Source: an uncultured Lachnospiraceae bacterium
GTDB taxonomy: Bacteria > Bacillota > Clostridia > Lachnospirales > Lachnospiraceae
Length of the DNA stretch: 64,000 nt
Assembly (NCBI GenBank): GCA_947628705.1
Contig: CANRAZ010000002.1
Location: 1,128-65,127, forward strand
Direction: 5' to 3'
Shown: piece by piece, positions 44,305-53,600 of the stretch
Layout: each line of letters starts with the position of its first letter
Numbering within the stretch: the first letter of the stretch is position 1
Position numbers and translations under genes: made by a program
Notes under the pieces: generated by a model
Database searches by the model: none
What the model saw: only the letters and a program-made list of their open reading frames with translations
Told to the model about the DNA's origin: nothing

Positions 44305-45423
44305 TTAACAGGTTATAATTGATACAAGGTAAAATTTCTGAGTGCAGTCTGCCGGAATATTATCTGTTTCGATCCTTATGCTGTGTTCCTCCTCCGTTTC
44401 AAAGCAGCAGATATCGTGCAGGTACAGACAGTCCCAATTTTCATCAAAATTCCCGTCTAATACAGCCATTTTTTTACCGTCAACGTAAACGGCCGCCAAA
44501 GGCATGCGCTCCGCGAATTTTTTTAAATACTGCAGGCTTAATTTTTTAAAGGTGAGTTTTAGACTAACATAAGAATCCTCTGAATTGAAAAAAATTCCCT
44601 TTTTAAAACAGTCGCGCGCGCCGTTCTGCACTCTGTCATCAACAGTAACGTCCTTGGACGTAAAGGATCCCAGAAGCGTCATTTCATTTCTGATGCGTTT
44701 TGAATCGGCATATCCGGCTTCCGTAACTGTGGCGTCAGGAACAGCATAAGGCTGCGATTCAATGTTTCCTAAAGCATACTGGTCAAAAATGGTCTCAAGC
44801 AGATTACAGATTACATCCGCCAGTAAACCGTGCCCGACATCGTTAGGATGAAGATTGTCCGTGGAAACATCTTCTGAGGTAAAATGACCCAAAAGTATTT
44901 CTCTGTATATACTGTCCTTCATGCTTACAATCGGGAGCGAGTAATGCCTCGCCACCTCATTATGGACGTCCTGTGCGTTTACGCCGTCATCATACTGCAC
45001 ATTATTAAACGTAAACACGGCAGGCTCTGTCTTATAAAGCAAAATTTTTCTCAAAAGGGATTCATAGGTTTCTTCAAACTTTTTATTATTTGAATCGTTA
45101 ACACTAAATTCAACAAAGACCGCATCGGGATCATGACTGAGCACGTCGTCTTCAACCCTTGCGACTCCAAACTGTGACGTCGTTCCGCCGATTCCGGCAT
45201 TAACATAATTGATTTTTGCGGACGGAAATTTCCTTCTGAACCAGTCATAAGTCCTGAATGCGTAACATAACTCGTGCATTGACGCATTACAGTCCTGAGT
45301 AATAGAACCGCCTAAAAAAACGATAGTGGTTTCTTTACCTGCGTCAAGCCTTTCGAAAACCTTATGAAAGCGGTACATATTTCCTACGTTAACAATACCT
45401 CTGTCTAAATCTGAACGTACCAT
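44305..45423 (-). CDS. SGNH/GDSL-type carbohydrate esterase with a C-terminal beta-sandwich-like domain
   Basis: Blocks FLGGSITQD, GIGGTTS, FSVNDS and DNLHPND. The start is set at the ATG at 45421-45423 (RBS GGAGGGAGGAAG). The longer track ORF would run through a strong terminator. Confidence 0.8.
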   Translation of the reverse strand: MVRSDLDRGIVNVGNMYRFHKVFERLDAGKETTIVFLGGSITQDCNASMHELCYAFRTYDWFRRKFPSAKINYVNAGIGGTTSQFGVARVEDDVLSHDPDAVFVEFSVNDSNNKKFEETYESLLRKILLYKTEPAVFTFNNVQYDDGVNAQDVHNEVARHYSLPIVSMKDSIYREILLGHFTSEDVSTDNLHPNDVGHGLLADVICNLLETIFDQYALGNIESQPYAVPDATVTEAGYADSKRIRNEMTLLGSFTSKDVTVDDRVQNGARDCFKKGIFFNSEDSYVSLKLTFKKLSLQYLKKFAERMPLAAVYVDGKKMAVLDGNFDENWDCLYLHDICCFETEEEHSIRIETDNIPADCTQKFYLVSIITC

Positions 45424-45462
45424 ACTTCCTCCCTCCGCAATACGCATTTGCAGCATAACCTG

Positions 45463-45471
45463 ATTATAGCA
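45463..45471 (-). promoter_or_regulatory. possible extended -10 promoter for the esterase-to-manA gene string
   Basis: The minus strand reads TGCTATAAT. The -35 (TAGAAT) is weak. Confidence 0.4.
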
Positions 45472-45546
45472 ACTTATAGAAACATATTCTAGTTTTTTAT
45501 CTGCAAAAAATATTACAAATATATTTTTATAAGTATCTATAATTTT

Positions 45547-45576
45547 CAAAAAGGCGGTTTTTACACCGCCTTTTTG
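45547..45576 (-). terminator. strong bidirectional intrinsic terminator after the SBP gene
   Basis: aggcggt/accgcct 7-bp stem (45552-45571) with a 6-nt loop, flanked by A5 and T5. Confidence 0.8.
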
Positions 45577-45597
45577 ATTAACTAAATTATCCAAATA

Positions 45598-47079
45598 TTA
45601 GTTGGACTTGTTGAAGTTCTGATCAAGATAATCCTGAACAAGCTGCTTATTAGCCTGCTGGAACTCAGCTACGGTAATAGGAGTTGCATCAGCGCCTGTT
45701 TCGATGATACCTCTGATCTGATATTCCTCAGCAAAAGTAATCTGCTGCCACAAATCAAATACATAATCACTCTCAGAATCGCCCATGCTCTTAAGAACCT
45801 CAAAGTTCTGCTCATTGTAGCACCACTCTTCAAACCATGTTGTGTTGTCACGGATTGAAAGGTCATCATTGTACCAGTTGAAGTAATCGTACAGTACGCA
45901 GAAGATAAGGGCCGGATTCTCTATTCCTGCAGGAATCATGTAATATGTACCGGTTGTGGAGTTGATATTAGGATTGGTCTCTGCGTTTCCGCTAGGACCC
46001 GTAGGCCATGTAACCATTCCCATGCTGTTGATAAGATTCTGATCCGGGTCAGCTTCCTGTGTAATCCAGCATGCACTGTTCCAGAAGCCGATATTACCGC
46101 TTGCGAAAGCATAAACGTTATCGTTCCAGTCAGCATCGCAGTCAGCATCCCAGAAGGATACGCCGTATGTCTGATACATATCATACAGGAAATTAAGAAC
46201 TTCCGTAGCAGGCTTACTTGTAAGCTGCTCCGTAATCTTTCCTGAACCGTCATCTTTAAGCGAAGCGATTGTAGCGTTATTTGACATGAGGAGCTGAATC
46301 AAAAGGTTGGTCCAAGCGCCTCTGTAGCCCCACATATCATCAGGAGACATTGCACCGTCGCTGTTAGTATCCTGTGTGAGAGTCTGCATTTCTGCAAGCC
46401 AGTTGTCCCAGTTCCACTGTCCGTTAAGGAAATACTCGTAAGGATCGGTAAGGCCGTACTGGCTAATTAAATCCATGTTGTAACCAAGAGCCATACCGCC
46501 AAGGTCGATAGCATTTGCACCGAAAAGATAATGCTTTCCATCAGTAGTAAACTGAATCGTCTTTACGATGTTTGAACCTGCATCCGTAAGAATGTCCTTA
46601 TACTTATCTTCAATCATTCCGTTCTGAGCTTCAGGACTTTCATTGAGGATGTACTCAAGGTCATAAGCATATCCGGCAAGCACAGCCGGAAGACCGAACT
46701 GCATATCTACCATGTAAACATCGCTCTCAGGAGAGCCTGCCATGATAGATGTGTTAATTGACTCAATTACGCCGTTCCATGTAAGGTTGTCGTAATAGAG
46801 CTCAATGTTGTACTTCTGCTCAATCGTTCTCATGTTGTTGAGATTCATCTCAGCTTCTGCGATGTTATCAACGTTTGGATTGTCGTTAATATCGTCGTGA
46901 GCGGAAGTGTAGTAGGATTCATACCAGGTTCCGATGTAGATTGCTCTTGTTTCTTCCTGGTACAGCTTTGATTTTGTTACTTCATTGTTTGGATTCTCCT
47001 CTTTTTTGCCGCAAGCAACAATTCCGAGCGCCATCACAGCAACAAGAAGTACGGCTACAGTTTTCTTAAAATAGCTCAT
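45598..47079 (-). CDS. LplA-like extracellular solute-binding lipoprotein (sugar ABC importer)
   Basis: Lipobox LGIVACGK. 493 aa, rich in W/Y/N/D as is typical of oligosaccharide SBPs. RBS AAGGAGG. Confidence 0.85.
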   Translation of the reverse strand: MSYFKKTVAVLLVAVMALGIVACGKKEENPNNEVTKSKLYQEETRAIYIGTWYESYYTSAHDDINDNPNVDNIAEAEMNLNNMRTIEQKYNIELYYDNLTWNGVIESINTSIMAGSPESDVYMVDMQFGLPAVLAGYAYDLEYILNESPEAQNGMIEDKYKDILTDAGSNIVKTIQFTTDGKHYLFGANAIDLGGMALGYNMDLISQYGLTDPYEYFLNGQWNWDNWLAEMQTLTQDTNSDGAMSPDDMWGYRGAWTNLLIQLLMSNNATIASLKDDGSGKITEQLTSKPATEVLNFLYDMYQTYGVSFWDADCDADWNDNVYAFASGNIGFWNSACWITQEADPDQNLINSMGMVTWPTGPSGNAETNPNINSTTGTYYMIPAGIENPALIFCVLYDYFNWYNDDLSIRDNTTWFEEWCYNEQNFEVLKSMGDSESDYVFDLWQQITFAEEYQIRGIIETGADATPITVAEFQQANKQLVQDYLDQNFNKSN

Positions 47080-47114
47080 TTCTACCTCCTTGATTATTGT
47101 AATTTTTAATTATC

Positions 47115-48506
47115 TTACTGGTTTGTTGCTTTTCCGACCGTTACAGCATCAATTTTAAGAAGAAGACCTCTGTCAGCAACACCGCAGAAATCAGCAAACT
47201 TGAAGATTTGATTAACATCCATTCCATCTTCTGCAAAAATGCCTGCGTTTACGGTTGCACAATCTGTAAAGAACTCATACGGATACTGAACAATTGTGTA
47301 AGAATCATTAATCATTACTGTTTCAGCAGGAGTATTGTCTTCATCGAGACCGACAGCAGCGCCGGCGCCATTGTCATAATAGAAAGCGCGTGAAGCGTCA
47401 GTTGTCATTCCATCCTTCCAGTCAGTCCATGAAACATCAAGGATTGTACCCGAAGGCCATTCAGGATCATCAACTTTGGAGCCGTCCTCAAGCGTGGTCT
47501 GCCAGTTCTGGATTCTGAAGTAAGGGAAGCACTGGAACTGCTTATCTGTTGTTGTAACGTCAATTTCAGGGTCAGCAACTCTGTAATAAATTGTAATTAC
47601 GTCTCCAGGTCCGAAGGTGAAGTCCTTAATATAATTTCCGTTACCAGTATTAGCTTCGTCGAATACAAAAGAGTTAGCGGCTTCAGGCCACCAACTGGTA
47701 CCGGTATTAGCGCCTGCATAAAGAAGCACTTCATTTTCAGGCTGGCTTGTTGCATTAGACCAGTCATACTCTCCTACGCCTTCTACAGCAAACTCAACAC
47801 CGGAATTAAGCGGAAGCGCGCTGCCCGATGCGTCATAACAAATGATGTTATCAAGGTAAACAAGCGTAGGCGTGCTTGACGAATCATCAAGATCAATGAT
47901 CGTAAGGTAATTTGTGGCAGCCGGATCGATTCCGTTTGTTCCTAAATCAATCTCAACCGTCTTCATTGCTGCGGTAGCCTTGTAAATTGCGAAAGTGCTC
48001 TTGCACTCTGTGTTTGCTTCGCCGGCATAAACTACAGCGCTTCCTGATACGGCATTAAACACCCCGTTAGTAGGGTCAACACCGATATCAACGGAAACCT
48101 TAGCACATTTAGAAGCATTGTCGCCGAGCAATGAAGCAAGGTCAACTGCAACTGCCGGATTTCCTGCAGACGTTCTGTTCACGCAGAGCGCTTTTCCGTC
48201 AAGCTTATCAGCAACGGAAAGAGTAGCTCCTTTAGAACCCGACCAGTCAGCTTCATTATACTTTGCAAAAGCGTAATTGCCGTCTTCAAAGTTTACGATG
48301 CTGCCTGCATCAACGCCGCTGTGATCCTTTATGCCGCTTGCTGCTTCTTCTTTTTCTTTTTCATTATGGTTCGGAGCCGGAGCTTTTGTAGCAGTTCCTG
48401 CCGATGCGCCTTTATCAGGATCAGTATTTCCTTTATCGCCGCATGCAACCAACGAACAAAGCATTGCAGACACAAGACCCGCTGCAATCAATTTCTTTCT
48501 AAACAT
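47115..48506 (-). CDS. surface lipoprotein of unknown function (463 aa)
   Basis: Lipobox CSLVACGD, then a low-complexity linker, then a sequence rich in beta-strand-like segments. RBS AGGAGGA. I recognise no motif. Confidence 0.8.
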   Translation of the reverse strand: MFRKKLIAAGLVSAMLCSLVACGDKGNTDPDKGASAGTATKAPAPNHNEKEKEEAASGIKDHSGVDAGSIVNFEDGNYAFAKYNEADWSGSKGATLSVADKLDGKALCVNRTSAGNPAVAVDLASLLGDNASKCAKVSVDIGVDPTNGVFNAVSGSAVVYAGEANTECKSTFAIYKATAAMKTVEIDLGTNGIDPAATNYLTIIDLDDSSSTPTLVYLDNIICYDASGSALPLNSGVEFAVEGVGEYDWSNATSQPENEVLLYAGANTGTSWWPEAANSFVFDEANTGNGNYIKDFTFGPGDVITIYYRVADPEIDVTTTDKQFQCFPYFRIQNWQTTLEDGSKVDDPEWPSGTILDVSWTDWKDGMTTDASRAFYYDNGAGAAVGLDEDNTPAETVMINDSYTIVQYPYEFFTDCATVNAGIFAEDGMDVNQIFKFADFCGVADRGLLLKIDAVTVGKATNQ

Positions 48507-48533
48507 AATTTCCTCCTTTTAGAAATTTTTATC

Positions 48534-48558
48534 TGTAACAATAACAGACACTGTTACA
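48534..48558. promoter_or_regulatory. inverted repeat TGTAACA-N11-TGTTACA at the predicted transcript start of the lipoprotein gene
   Basis: Arms at 48534-48540 and 48552-48558. It sits between the predicted -10 and the RBS. Confidence 0.5.
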
Positions 48559-48565
48559 CGCTGTA

Positions 48566-48594
48566 ATTATATATTAAAACTTCAAAATAATCAA
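48566..48594 (-). promoter_or_regulatory. putative promoter for the lipoprotein-SBP genes
   Basis: Minus strand: TTGATT (48594-48589), 17-nt spacer, TATAAT (48571-48566). Confidence 0.55.
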
Positions 48595-48713
48595 TATATA
48601 TTAGGCTCATTTTGTTACTTTTTTATTAACATATTTTTAATTTTGACGAATTGCAAATTTGTTTTTTTATGTTGATTCCTAATTTGATTTTATTCGCCGT
48701 GAGACATTATAAA

Positions 48714-48742
48714 CAAAAAGAGCGGGAAAGCCTTTACGCTCC
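48714..48742 (-). terminator. weak terminator-like hairpin after the LplC-like permease gene
   Basis: gagcg/cgctc stem (48720-48741), followed by T5 on the minus strand. Confidence 0.35.
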
Positions 48743-48773
48743 TCCGCCCTTTTTATTTTAAATTTAATGTCGT

Positions 48774-49760
48774 TTATCCTACAATACCGCTTCGTTCAAC
48801 GCCTTCAACAAAGTATTTCTGAAGTACGGCATAAATCAGAAGCACCGGAACGAGGTCAAGCACTACGGCTGCATAAAGGTACAGCTGTGTAATCGTCGGC
48901 GAGTTTATGTCATAAATCGCCGCAACCTGTTCATAAACCGTCGAAATTTTCATCGACATCCATGAGGATATGTTAAACAGCTTTGTGAAGAAGTAATCGT
49001 TATACTGCCATACGAGCGAGAAAACCGCAACCGTAATAACGGAAGGCATCGCATTTACAAGCATTATCCTGAAATATGTGTAATAAGCCCCTGCGCCGTC
49101 AACAAACGCCGCTTCTTCAATTTCCTTAGGCAGGCCTCTGAAGAACTGGTTGAACAGGTAAATGTAAATACCCGAATTCAGTCCGCAGCCTAAGAATGTA
49201 AGCAAATACAGCGGGCTCATCGTCTTCATAAGGTTTATCGGACCGCCTTTTACAAGAGAAACAATTCCGAATACGTCAAACTCCTTAAACTCAATGTAAA
49301 GAGGAAGCATAATTACATGAAGCGGAATAACAATCATTATTACAACACATGCAAAAAGCACCTTTTTGAGCGGGAAGTTGAACCTTGCGAATCCGTAGCC
49401 GACCATTGAGCAGATAAGTATCTGCAGTCCCATCAGCACAACATCGTGGAGCAGCGTCGTCGCAAGCACGCCCCAGTATTTAATCGTTTTGATTACCGCA
49501 CTGTACTTTTCAAGCGTCGGACGCTTAGGAATGATGTAGACCATCGGATCCGTCGCATCCGTATCTGCGAACAGCGAATTTGAAACGACTTCTATAATCG
49601 GGCTAAGAATAACATAGGATATTCCTACCAGAACACACAGTCTGAAAAGGGCAAAGATAAGATTTTTTGCGGATTTCAGCATTCTTCTTCTTTCATTTGA
49701 AATCTGCTGGTCGCTTTTAAGAAGCTCAGCCGATTCGTTTTTATGCCTAAAATATTTCAT
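48774..49760 (-). CDS. carbohydrate ABC transporter permease (LplC/MalG-like)
   Basis: 328 aa with 6 predicted TM segments. The EAA-type loop is EIEEAAFVDGAGAYYTYFRIMLVNAMP. Confidence 0.88.
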   Translation of the reverse strand: MKYFRHKNESAELLKSDQQISNERRRMLKSAKNLIFALFRLCVLVGISYVILSPIIEVVSNSLFADTDATDPMVYIIPKRPTLEKYSAVIKTIKYWGVLATTLLHDVVLMGLQILICSMVGYGFARFNFPLKKVLFACVVIMIVIPLHVIMLPLYIEFKEFDVFGIVSLVKGGPINLMKTMSPLYLLTFLGCGLNSGIYIYLFNQFFRGLPKEIEEAAFVDGAGAYYTYFRIMLVNAMPSVITVAVFSLVWQYNDYFFTKLFNISSWMSMKISTVYEQVAAIYDINSPTITQLYLYAAVVLDLVPVLLIYAVLQKYFVEGVERSGIVG

Positions 49761-49776
49761 CTTTTTTACCCCCTTC

Positions 49777-50691
49777 CTAGTTATAGTAGAATGTGTGCTT
49801 TTGTATCCAAGCTACTACAATGAACAGTATCAGACAGACGACAACCATGCTGGTCAGCGCCATTGCGCTTCCGTAGTCATACGAATTCGATGAAAAAATC
49901 ATATCGTAAGAATACTGAACGATTTCACTGGAAGCAAACGCGTCAACGACCGTGTACACAAGGCAGGTTATTATGTGAGGCATAACCATCGGGAAGGTAA
50001 CCTTCCAGAAGGTTTCATAGCTTGTCGCACCTTCAATTTTCGCAACCTCATAAAGCGAGGAAGGAATCGACTGAAGGGCGGCTATGAATATGACTATCTG
50101 TACGCCTGCAAGATCCACGACCTCTGCGATTCGGTCGACAGCCCCGACGACGTAATCGATTATCGAGGAGGGCAATCCAATATCCTTGAATAGCGCAACA
50201 TAGTAATCAAGATTGACCGTAGATGCGGAGGACTCGGTTATTGCAGCGGAGGTAGAGCTTATACCTCCGACTGCCGCCTGTCTTGCCTGTGCAATTGCGT
50301 CTGAAATCGCATCGCAGCCCATTATTACAGGAATAAAGAAAATCGCCCTGAAAATTGTTCTTCCGATAAACTTTTGGTTAAGAAGCATTGCCATCAAAAG
50401 CGCAAACGTCAGTACCAGAGGCACATCAATGACGATATCCCTGAGAGATGTTACCAGAATCTTGTTAAATTTGCCGTCTTCCAGAAGGATGTACTTGAAG
50501 TTTCTCAGTCCGGCAAACGCTGCGCTGTAACCGGATTTCGGATCAACGCTTACATTTGAAAGAGAGAACTGAATGGTCATAAACAAGCTTTTAATGTAGT
50601 ATACACAAAAGCCAACCAGCCACGGCATAATGAATAAGTAGCCTGTTATGGCTCTTCTGCGAGCCAGCGTCATCTTCTTTTTCTTCTTCAT
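49777..50691 (-). CDS. carbohydrate ABC transporter permease (LplB/MalF-like)
   Basis: 304 aa. EAA-type loop YEVAKIEGATSYETFWKVTFPMVMP. The ATG overlaps the upstream stop (TAATG). Confidence 0.88.
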   Translation of the reverse strand: MKKKKKMTLARRRAITGYLFIMPWLVGFCVYYIKSLFMTIQFSLSNVSVDPKSGYSAAFAGLRNFKYILLEDGKFNKILVTSLRDIVIDVPLVLTFALLMAMLLNQKFIGRTIFRAIFFIPVIMGCDAISDAIAQARQAAVGGISSTSAAITESSASTVNLDYYVALFKDIGLPSSIIDYVVGAVDRIAEVVDLAGVQIVIFIAALQSIPSSLYEVAKIEGATSYETFWKVTFPMVMPHIITCLVYTVVDAFASSEIVQYSYDMIFSSNSYDYGSAMALTSMVVVCLILFIVVAWIQKHTFYYN

Positions 50692-53600
50692 TATTCAGCC
50701 ACCTCCACAACGTAATTCTTCGGTGAAACGGATGTGTTACCGAGACTGAAGCTTTCGTCAGAGTAGTTTACCACTATTACAACACCGTTACTGTAAGTAA
50801 TCCTCCTTACTTCATTCGCGTCATCCAGTACCTCATGATTTACAATCTTGGCATCTGAAACCAGTGACAGCGTTTCGTTAACCTGATTGTAAATATCAAC
50901 CGCCTCGTCAACCCAGTTTACATAATTTGTAGCATACATATCGTTGAGAGCCGTATATTTCATTTCAGTAGCAGGCACATAGGTAAATGTGAAATGAGGG
51001 CTTGCGCCGTATTCAATACACTCAAGAATGTTTTCAACCGTCGTCGTATCCGCACTGAGGTTAATCGGGCTTCCTGAATAATCAACATAACCGTGAACAA
51101 CCATTTCGTAGAACGGTACTCCGCAGTCCACATAGATATAGTTGTTATCTCCTATCGGAGCATTGATTATATCGTCACAGTACCCGATTGCATATGCAAG
51201 CGGAGCGTTTAACATCACCGAACCGTTTGCGTCTGCAGCCTTCTTAAGCTGAGCAAGAGTAATTTCCTTTGCGCGCTCTCTGTGAAGAATTGAGGTCTTC
51301 TTCATATCGGAGTAAAGGTAAGTTCCAAGGTCACGGTAAGAGGTTCCCGAAACGCCTATGTCCTCCATTTCCTCTATCGCGCTGTCAACATATCTTGACA
51401 TGTACTTAGGCGAAAGCACATCGTAAAGATTTGAAACGTAACCGAGAGAAGCCCCGTTCGAATACGTCGTCGGACTTGTTTTTCCGAAGCCGGCAACATA
51501 GCCTGCTCCGAAGATTCTTGAGGATTCAAGGGTGTAAGGGAAGTCGGTAGCCGAATAGGTTACACGGTTGATTGCCATATCGCCGTAAACCTTGCCGCCC
51601 TTGCTTTCAACCAGGTCAGTAAACTCAGACAGTCCCTTCTTTCCGCCAAGCTTACGGATTACTTTAATATCGCTGACGGTATCGTGATAATAGCCGTCAT
51701 TCATCCAGCCCTGGTAGTTAACAACAAGATTATTGACATTATTCTTATAAAATGCGTCAACAATTTCCTTTGCCTGTTCAAAGGTCGTAAGAGGAATAAC
51801 CGTTTCATAGGCAAATCCAAGGAAATCTCCGTCTCCGTATACTGCGCCAAGAAGGTCCATGTACATCTTGATGCTGCCTGCCTGAAGCGTTTCGGATTTT
51901 TTAAGCATACCGTTGGCTTCAAGATAATCCCTGTAATACGACGCCATACCCGAATAACCCTGGTGTTCACCGTCAAGGAAGCAGTACTGCTGCGTTATCT
52001 GAGTGTCAAAGATGTCGTCTGTCCAGACGGTAAAAGAGTCCGTCGTAGACATGGATATCGTATTCTCGCCTCGGACATAGTATCTGCAATATGCCGTATT
52101 GTAATTTGCAAGCGAATTTGATATCTTGCATGTCTTATCGTTTGCGGTCTGAACCCTAAGCTCTGCAAGCGACTCGCCTCTGGAGAGAATTACAAAAGTT
52201 GTTTTCTTACCGTCATAGCAGCCGTATACAGGCAGCTTTGAATCAACCGTATTCTGAACTTTGGTTTCCGTATCGAACAATACGTCGTCACGGCCGTAAA
52301 TCAACTCGCTGTAGCCGGCAAGAGAATCCGTGTTAGGACTGTTTAACGAAATCAAAGAACCCGATGCGTTAGGAACGAGATAATAGCCTTCGGCAGGGAC
52401 TTTTTCATGCCTGATGACGAACTTTAAGGTTTTGTCAATCGGTTCAGACGAGCTGCTTCCTGAAATCGAAAGTATATAGTCGTTTTCCGGCACAAGTGAA
52501 AGCTTATTGCTTCCACCCATTGAGTTCCATGTTCCGACAACGGCTCCCTGAGCCTCTTTACCGTTTTCATCTACAGCAGTTTCATAAACCGTGAAGCTTG
52601 CGAAATCGTACTCGCCTGCTATAGCATTGTCAACCGTCACATCCGCCTTCTCACCGTCAAATTCAACGGTAAAGAAATCGGACATTTCCTCAACGGCTCC
52701 TGCTGCGGTTGCTTTTTCGTCAACAGTATAAATATAACCTGCATAATTTTCCGTTTCGCAGCTGTGATATGTTGCATCAAAATAAGGAAGCACATCCATG
52801 TAGATAAGACTTCCGGAACCGGTTTCCTCAATATGGTCCGTGCAGATGTTTACCTGAAGCTTACCGTCAACAAGAGTATACTCTAAAGGAATGGTAAAGC
52901 TTGTCGGCAAATCAACCTCTGCTCCTGAGCCTTCCATTTCACGGACAAAATCGTCTTCCGTCCAGCCTATGGATTCAAGAGCTTTCTGCATGTTCTTTAA
53001 CTGTCCTTTTCTAACGCCGGCGCTGATTTGAACGTAACCGTCAACGTCGCTGCCTTTTTCGCTGTATCGGTTTTCAACCATTTCACGGTACCTTGTTTTA
53101 TTCTCGGCATCATACTCGCCAAGCTTTTCTACAACTTCCTTAAATGTGTCAACCGACATATAAATCGGGACCGTGCCCGTTTCCGACGACATATCGCCTA
53201 TCGTATACTTAACACGGATTCCGTTTTCAATTGATTCAACGCTAAACTGCTTTTCGGCAGTTCCTTCCTCATCCTCTTCTTTATTGGCGTTTATGTTCAC
53301 GCAATACTGATATGAATTCATTTCAGATATTGATGAAGCGCTCAGATTCGGATAATAGTAAAGAACAAGCTGTGACATCATCCTGTTGAGATAAATAGGG
53401 TTGTCATAGTCTTCTTCCTGAAGGTTCTGCGGATTTGAGTAAACGAGCCTTGAGGTCGTTTTGTCATATACTGCGACCTGAGTAGTCGTCTGGTCGTAGT
53501 ACAGCTTAAGTCCGTCCGATTCGGCTGCAAGGACATACTGCTCTGCAAGTCCTTCCGGCCTGTCATTATCAGGAAGCGCCTTGAATTCCTTACCCTCTGC

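Noticed and set aside
45424-45594. N-terminal extensions offered by the ORF track. This one belongs to the esterase. Others are 2273-2326 (uppS), 2970-3017 (frr), 17548-17601 (rpsB), 20773-20871 (topA), 24936-25070, 26045-26086 (pyrI), 38493-38573 (manA), 57739-57801 and 60908-60934.
   Set aside because: In each case an internal ATG has a good GGAGG-type RBS, and the conserved protein N-terminus begins there. The extensions overlap upstream genes, terminators or promoters.
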